This document shows, piece after piece, positions 59,055 to 64,000 of a stretch of DNA of 64,000 nucleotides (position 1 is its first letter; every line of letters begins with the position of its first letter). Origin of the DNA: an uncultured Pelagibacteraceae bacterium (lineage in GTDB: Bacteria > Pseudomonadota > Alphaproteobacteria > Pelagibacterales > Pelagibacteraceae); assembly GCA_902519255.1 (NCBI GenBank), contig CABYIV010000003.1:15641-79640 (forward strand), read 5' to 3'. The translations under genes and the position numbers were made by a program. Under the pieces are notes generated by a model that saw nothing but the letters and a program-made list of their open reading frames with translations, was not told where the DNA came from and did no database searches.

Positions 59055-59645
59055 ATGCAAAACATCCAGGATTTAGAGAAAATTTTGAATTCAGAACTAA
59101 ATACTAAAATAAAAAGTTCTTTAATCAAACATGGTCAAATTTACCTAAAAATTAGTGACTCGGATTTAACAGAGGTAATTTTATTCTTGAAAACAAATTC
59201 GAAGACTAAATTTAGACAATTGATAGATATTACTGCTGTAGATTTTCCTGAAAATGAAATCAGATTTAAATTAGTATATCTATTATTAAGTCATGAATTC
59301 AATCAAAGAATTATTTTAGAAATAGATGTAAAAGAGAAAGATATTGTCGATTCAATTACATCTATATATCCAGCTGCAAATTGGATGGAAAGAGAGGTAT
59401 TTGACATGTATGGAATTGATTTTAAAGATCACCCGGACTTGAGAAGAATACTTACAGATTATGGTTTTGAAGGACATCCATTAAGAAAAGATTTTCCTTT
59501 AACAGGTCATAATGAAGTTAGATACAGTCATGAAACTAAAAAAGTTATTTATGAACCGGTAAAATTAGAGCAAAATTATAGAAACTTTGATTATGAAAGT
59601 CCTTGGGAAGGAACCAAGTATATAAAAGAACAAACTAAAGAATAA
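59055..59645 (+). CDS. nuoC: NADH-quinone oxidoreductase subunit C
   Basis: [17 protein letters not shown]. Confidence 0.95.
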   Translation: MQNIQDLEKILNSELNTKIKSSLIKHGQIYLKISDSDLTEVILFLKTNSKTKFRQLIDITAVDFPENEIRFKLVYLLLSHEFNQRIILEIDVKEKDIVDSITSIYPAANWMEREVFDMYGIDFKDHPDLRRILTDYGFEGHPLRKDFPLTGHNEVRYSHETKKVIYEPVKLEQNYRNFDYESPWEGTKYIKEQTKE

Positions 59646-60820
59646 TGGCAAAAGAAACTAAAACTTTGAATCTAAATTTTGGACCTCAACATCCAGCAGC
59701 TCATGGAGTTTTGCGATTAATATTACAGTTAGATGGTGAAATCGTTGAAAAAGCAGATCCACATATTGGTTTATTGCATAGGGGGACAGAAAAATTAATC
59801 GAAAATAAAACTTATACTCAAGCTGTTCCGTATTTTGATCGACTAGATTATGTTGCACCAATGAACCAAGAGCATGCTTTTGCTTTAGCAATTGAAAAAA
59901 TTTTAAAAATAGAAGTTCCGATAAGAGCTCAATACATTAGAGTAATGTTTTGTGAGATTGGAAGAATACTTAGTCATATTTTAAATGTCACAACACAAGC
60001 AATGGATGTTGGCGCATTAACTCCAACTTTATGGGGATTTGAAGAGAGAGAAATATTAATGGGTTTTTATGAAAAAGTCTCTGGTTCTAGATTACATGCT
60101 AATTATTTTAGAGCGGGAGGAGTACATCAAGATTTACCAAAAGGATTAGATAAAGAAATCGGAGTATTTTGTGAAAGATTTCCAAAAATAATAAATGATT
60201 TAGAATTACTTTTAACTGACAACCGTATATTTAAGCAAAGGAACGTTGATATAGGAGTAGTATCAAAACAAGATGCTCTCGATTATTCTTTTTCTGGTGT
60301 TATGTTGAGAGGATCTGGTGTTCCATGGGATTTAAGAAAATCCCAGCCTTACGATTGTTATGAACAATTCGAATTCAAAATTCCAGTAGGAAAAAATGGA
60401 GATTGTTACGACAGATACCTATGCAGAATTGAAGAAATGAAAGAAAGTGTAAATATAATAAATCAATGCTTGGCAAATTTACCTGCAGGACCAATTAAAA
60501 CTGATGATGGAAAAATCAGTCCACCACCAAAAAAAGAAATAAAACAATCTATGGAAGCATTAATCCATCATTTCAAGTTATATACTGAAGGTTACAGGGT
60601 TGATAAAGATGAAATATATACAGCTGTAGAGGCTCCTAAAGGAGAATTCGGTGTTTACTTAATTTCTGATGGTTCAAGTAAACCTTATAAATGCAAAATT
60701 AGAGCTCCAGGATTTTCTCATTTGCAAGCGATGGATTACCTAATTAAGGGTCATATGTTGGCTGATGTTCCTGCAGTTTTAGGTTCAATGGATATTGTTT
60801 TTGGAGAGGTAGATAGATAA
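59645..60820 (+). CDS. nuoD: NADH-quinone oxidoreductase subunit D
   Basis: [21 protein letters not shown]. Confidence 0.97.
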   Translation: MAKETKTLNLNFGPQHPAAHGVLRLILQLDGEIVEKADPHIGLLHRGTEKLIENKTYTQAVPYFDRLDYVAPMNQEHAFALAIEKILKIEVPIRAQYIRVMFCEIGRILSHILNVTTQAMDVGALTPTLWGFEEREILMGFYEKVSGSRLHANYFRAGGVHQDLPKGLDKEIGVFCERFPKIINDLELLLTDNRIFKQRNVDIGVVSKQDALDYSFSGVMLRGSGVPWDLRKSQPYDCYEQFEFKIPVGKNGDCYDRYLCRIEEMKESVNIINQCLANLPAGPIKTDDGKISPPPKKEIKQSMEALIHHFKLYTEGYRVDKDEIYTAVEAPKGEFGVYLISDGSSKPYKCKIRAPGFSHLQAMDYLIKGHMLADVPAVLGSMDIVFGEVDR

Positions 60821-61428
60821 TGGCTGTTAAAAAAATATCAAAAGTACAACCTGAAAAATTTGAGTTTAATAAAAAAAACAAAGAAACTGCTGATAGTATT
60901 ATTAAGAATTATCCTTCTGGAAAACAACAAAGTGCGGTTATGGCTTTATTGTACTTAGCACAAAAACAAAATGATAATTGGATACCTTTAAGTGCAATGA
61001 AATACATAGCAAAGTATTTAGATATGCCATACATAAAAGTATATGAGGTAGCCACATTTTATAGCATGTATAATTTAACTCCAGTTGGTAAATATTTCTT
61101 TCAAGTATGTACTACAACCCCATGTATGTTAAGGGGCGCATATAATTTAGTAGATGTTTGTAAACGAAAAATTTCTGAGGAAGAAAATCGTTTGTCAGAG
61201 GATGGAAAAACTTCTTGGTTAGAAGTAGAATGTTTAGGTGCTTGTGTTAATGCGCCAATGCTTCAATTAAATGAGGATTATTATGAGGATTTAGATCCAA
61301 CAAAACTTGAGCAAATAATTGATAAAATAAGTAATGATCAGGTTCCCCAACCAGGATCTTATAAAGGCAGATTAAGTTCTGAACCAGAAAATACTAGAAA
61401 AACATTAATAGGTAATAAAAATGCTTGA
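60820..61428 (+). CDS. nuoE: NADH-quinone oxidoreductase subunit E
   Basis: VATFY, CTTTPC, ECLGAC. Confidence 0.95.
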   Translation: MAVKKISKVQPEKFEFNKKNKETADSIIKNYPSGKQQSAVMALLYLAQKQNDNWIPLSAMKYIAKYLDMPYIKVYEVATFYSMYNLTPVGKYFFQVCTTTPCMLRGAYNLVDVCKRKISEEENRLSEDGKTSWLEVECLGACVNAPMLQLNEDYYEDLDPTKLEQIIDKISNDQVPQPGSYKGRLSSEPENTRKTLIGNKNA

Positions 61429-62752
61429 AGATAAAGATAGAATTTTTCAAAATTTATACAATGATTTTGGTGCTGATTTAGCATCTGCAAAACAGAGGGG
61501 AGATTGGAAGGATACAAAAGAAATTTGCGGCAAAGGAAGAGAATGGATAATTAATGAAATTAAAACATCAGAACTTAGAGGAAGAGGTGGTGCTGGATTT
61601 CCTACAGGATTGAAATGGTCTTTTGCTCCAAAAGAAGTTGGATCAAGACCACATTATTTAGTAATTAATGCAGATGAGTCTGAACCTGGCACATGTAAAG
61701 ATAGAGATATTCTAAGATTTGAACCTCATAAATTAATAGAGGGCTGCTTAATTGCATCTTACGCAGTTAATGCACATAAGTGCTATATTTATATAAGAGG
61801 AGAATATTTTAATGAAGGACAAAAACTTCAAACAGCTATCGATGAAGCTTACAAAGACGGTCTCTTAGGAAAAAATTCTGCAGGTACTGATTGGGAATTA
61901 GATATATATATTCATTATGGTGCTGGAGCTTATATCTGTGGGGAGGAAACTGCTTTGCTCGAGAGTATTGAAGGAAAAAAAGGTCAACCAAGATTAAAAC
62001 CTCCATTTCCAGCTTTAATAGGTCTTTATGGTTGCCCGACAATAATAAACAATGTTGAAACAATTTCAGTGGTACCAACTATACTTAGAAGAGGTGGAAA
62101 ATGGTTTTCATCACTCGGTAGACCAAAAAATACTGGTTCTAAAATATATTGTATTTCAGGAAATGTAAATAACCCCTGCAACGTGGAAGAAGAAATGGGA
62201 ATTCCATTAAAAGAATTAATTGAAAAACATGCAGGTGGAGTAATAGGTGGATGGGATAATCTAAAAGCAGTTATACCTGGTGGTTCATCAATGCCATTAC
62301 TTCCAAAAGAAACATGTGAAACAATTAAAATGGACTTTGATGCATGTGTTGAGAATAAAACTGGTTTAGGAACAGCTGGTATTGTGGTTATAAACAAAGA
62401 TCAAGACATTATTAAGTGCATGGCTAGAATAGCAAGATTTTATAAACACGAAAGCTGTGGTCAATGTACACCATGTAGAGAAGGTTCTGGTTGGATGTGG
62501 AGAATGTTAGAAAGAATGGCAAAAGGTGAAGCAACAAGAGATGAAGTAGATATGTTATTAGATGTAACAAAACAAATTGAAGGCCATACTATTTGTGCTT
62601 TTGGAGAAGGATCTTCATGGCCTGTGCAGGGATTAATCAGAAATTTTAAAGATGAAATAATTGAAAGAAACAAGTTTGATCCAATTGTGAAAAAACAAAA
62701 AGATATACCTTATTTAGTTGATCAACATTTATTAGAAAAAGAAAATGCTTAA
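61421..62752 (+). CDS. nuoF: NADH-quinone oxidoreductase subunit F
   Basis: [31 protein letters not shown]. Confidence 0.97.
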   Translation: MLEDKDRIFQNLYNDFGADLASAKQRGDWKDTKEICGKGREWIINEIKTSELRGRGGAGFPTGLKWSFAPKEVGSRPHYLVINADESEPGTCKDRDILRFEPHKLIEGCLIASYAVNAHKCYIYIRGEYFNEGQKLQTAIDEAYKDGLLGKNSAGTDWELDIYIHYGAGAYICGEETALLESIEGKKGQPRLKPPFPALIGLYGCPTIINNVETISVVPTILRRGGKWFSSLGRPKNTGSKIYCISGNVNNPCNVEEEMGIPLKELIEKHAGGVIGGWDNLKAVIPGGSSMPLLPKETCETIKMDFDACVENKTGLGTAGIVVINKDQDIIKCMARIARFYKHESCGQCTPCREGSGWMWRMLERMAKGEATRDEVDMLLDVTKQIEGHTICAFGEGSSWPVQGLIRNFKDEIIERNKFDPIVKKQKDIPYLVDQHLLEKENA

Positions 62753-64000
62753 ACTTAAAGTAAATGATATTGATGTCGAGGTAGAAGAAGGAACTACAGT
62801 ATTGCAAGCTTGCGAACAAGCTGGAGCAGAGATACCAAGGTTCTGTTATCACGAAAAATTATCAATAGCCGGAAATTGTAGAATGTGTTTAGTTGAAATG
62901 GAAAAATCTCCTAAGCCAATAGCATCTTGCGCGATGCCTGCTGCAGAGGGGATGGTGCTTAGAACTAACACCGAAAAAGTGAAAAAAGCAAGAAAAGGTG
63001 TAATGGAATTTTTACTAGCAAACCATCCACTAGATTGTCCAGTATGTGATCAAGGTGGGGAATGTGATTTACAAGATCAATCTATGTATTACGGAATTGA
63101 TAAATCAAGATTTAAAGAAAATAAAAGATATGTACCCGAAAAATATATGGGTCCACTAATTAAAACTCAAATGACAAGATGCATTCATTGCACAAGATGT
63201 ATTAGATTTGCAACCGAAGTTGCTGGAGTTCCTGAGCTTGGAGCAATCGGTAGAGGTGAGAATATGCAAATTACTACTTATTTGGAAAAGGCAATGGAAT
63301 CTGAACTCTCAGCTAATGTTATTGATTTGTGTCCTGTCGGTGCACTTACATCAAAGCCCTATGTCTTCGAAGCTAGACCATGGGAACTTAAAAAAACCGA
63401 GACAATTGATGTGATGGATGCTGTTGGATCAAATATAAGAGTCGATACATACGGATGGGAAGTCAAGAGAGTACTTCCAAGAATTAATGAAGAAATAAAT
63501 GAAGAATGGATATCAGATAAAACCAGATATGCATGTGATGGTTTAAAAAATCAAAGATTAGATACACCTTATGTAAAAATTAATAATAAATTAAAGCCAT
63601 CAAGTTGGGATGAAGCTTTTAAAGCTGTATCTGAAAGAATTTCAAAAACAAAGTCTGAAAAAATTGCTGGATTTATAGGTGATATGACAAATATGGAAAC
63701 TACTTATGCAGCAAAAGATTTTTTTGAAAAAACGATTAAGTCTGAAAATTTGGAATCTAGATATGAAAAATTATATATTAATACAAATGTAAGAAGTAAT
63801 TATCTATTTAACAGTTCCATCGAAGGAATAGAAAAAAGTGATTTAATAATTCTAATAGGTACAAATCCAAGATTTGAAGCTACAATATTAAACTCACGAA
63901 TTAGAAAAAATTATTTAAAAAATAAGACCGAAATTATTTCTTTAGGTGATGTTGGCGATTTAACTTATCCTTACCAAGTTATAGCAAATAACACCGATAC
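62745..64000 (+). CDS. nuoG: NADH-quinone oxidoreductase subunit G, 3'-truncated by window edge
   Basis: Hand-translated [16 protein letters not shown]...[20 protein letters not shown], with later [15 protein letters not shown]. Confidence 0.95.
   Translation, partial: MLKLKVNDIDVEVEEGTTVLQACEQAGAEIPRFCYHEKLSIAGNCRMCLVEMEKSPKPIASCAMPAAEGMVLRTNTEKVKKARKGVMEFLLANHPLDCPVCDQGGECDLQDQSMYYGIDKSRFKENKRYVPEKYMGPLIKTQMTRCIHCTRCIRFATEVAGVPELGAIGRGENMQITTYLEKAMESELSANVIDLCPVGALTSKPYVFEARPWELKKTETIDVMDAVGSNIRVDTYGWEVKRVLPRINEEINEEWISDKTRYACDGLKNQRLDTPYVKINNKLKPSSWDEAFKAVSERISKTKSEKIAGFIGDMTNMETTYAAKDFFEKTIKSENLESRYEKLYINTNVRSNYLFNSSIEGIEKSDLIILIGTNPRFEATILNSRIRKNYLKNKTEIISLGDVGDLTYPYQVIANNTD

Noticed and set aside
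9-63414. Many short antisense or out-of-frame ORFs in the track (e.g. 9-320, 804-1025, 4438-4626, 6954-7235, 14969-15508, 34834-35220, 53143-53454, 62026-62397, 63208-63414)
   Set aside because: They lie within well-supported genes and show no motifs, so they are treated as shadow ORFs. 63208-63414 is an alternative frame inside nuoG.
1-64000. CRISPR array, IS elements, rRNA
   Set aside because: No regularly spaced direct repeats, transposase ORFs or rRNA-like sequence seen.

Overview
Very AT-rich, gene-dense chromosomal segment. Gene content, tiny intergenic gaps and the tRNA-Leu-tig-clpP-clpX-lon-tRNA-Val-tRNA-Asp-nuoABCDEFG block point to a streamlined marine alphaproteobacterium, most likely Pelagibacteraceae/SAR11 (inferred, not database-checked). 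The left end carries taurine/amine catabolism genes (partial xsc, FAD oxidoreductase, aminotransferase). An accessory region at about 4.1-13.4 kb holds a structured intergenic element with a 9-codon micro-ORF, a photolyase-family gene, an 863-aa cNMP-cNMP-acyltransferase-SGNH hydrolase fusion, tandem type IV pilin-like genes, a CRTAC1-like protein and a Cys-rich secreted protein. Next come a TRAP-linked organic acid catabolic cluster, a second pilin-containing variable cassette, a second TRAP system, and a glycerophosphodiester/glycerol-3-phosphate uptake and catabolism locus (glpD, ugpB-A-E-E-C, GDPD, DUF1868-like 2H phosphoesterase, glpK). Core genes fill the right end. No CRISPR array, integrase, transposase or prophage was seen. 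The best candidates for new biology are the ligand-sensing acyltransferase/hydrolase fusion (6358-8949) and the SD-sequestered micro-ORF RNA element (4101-4339). All product calls come from motif recognition by eye.
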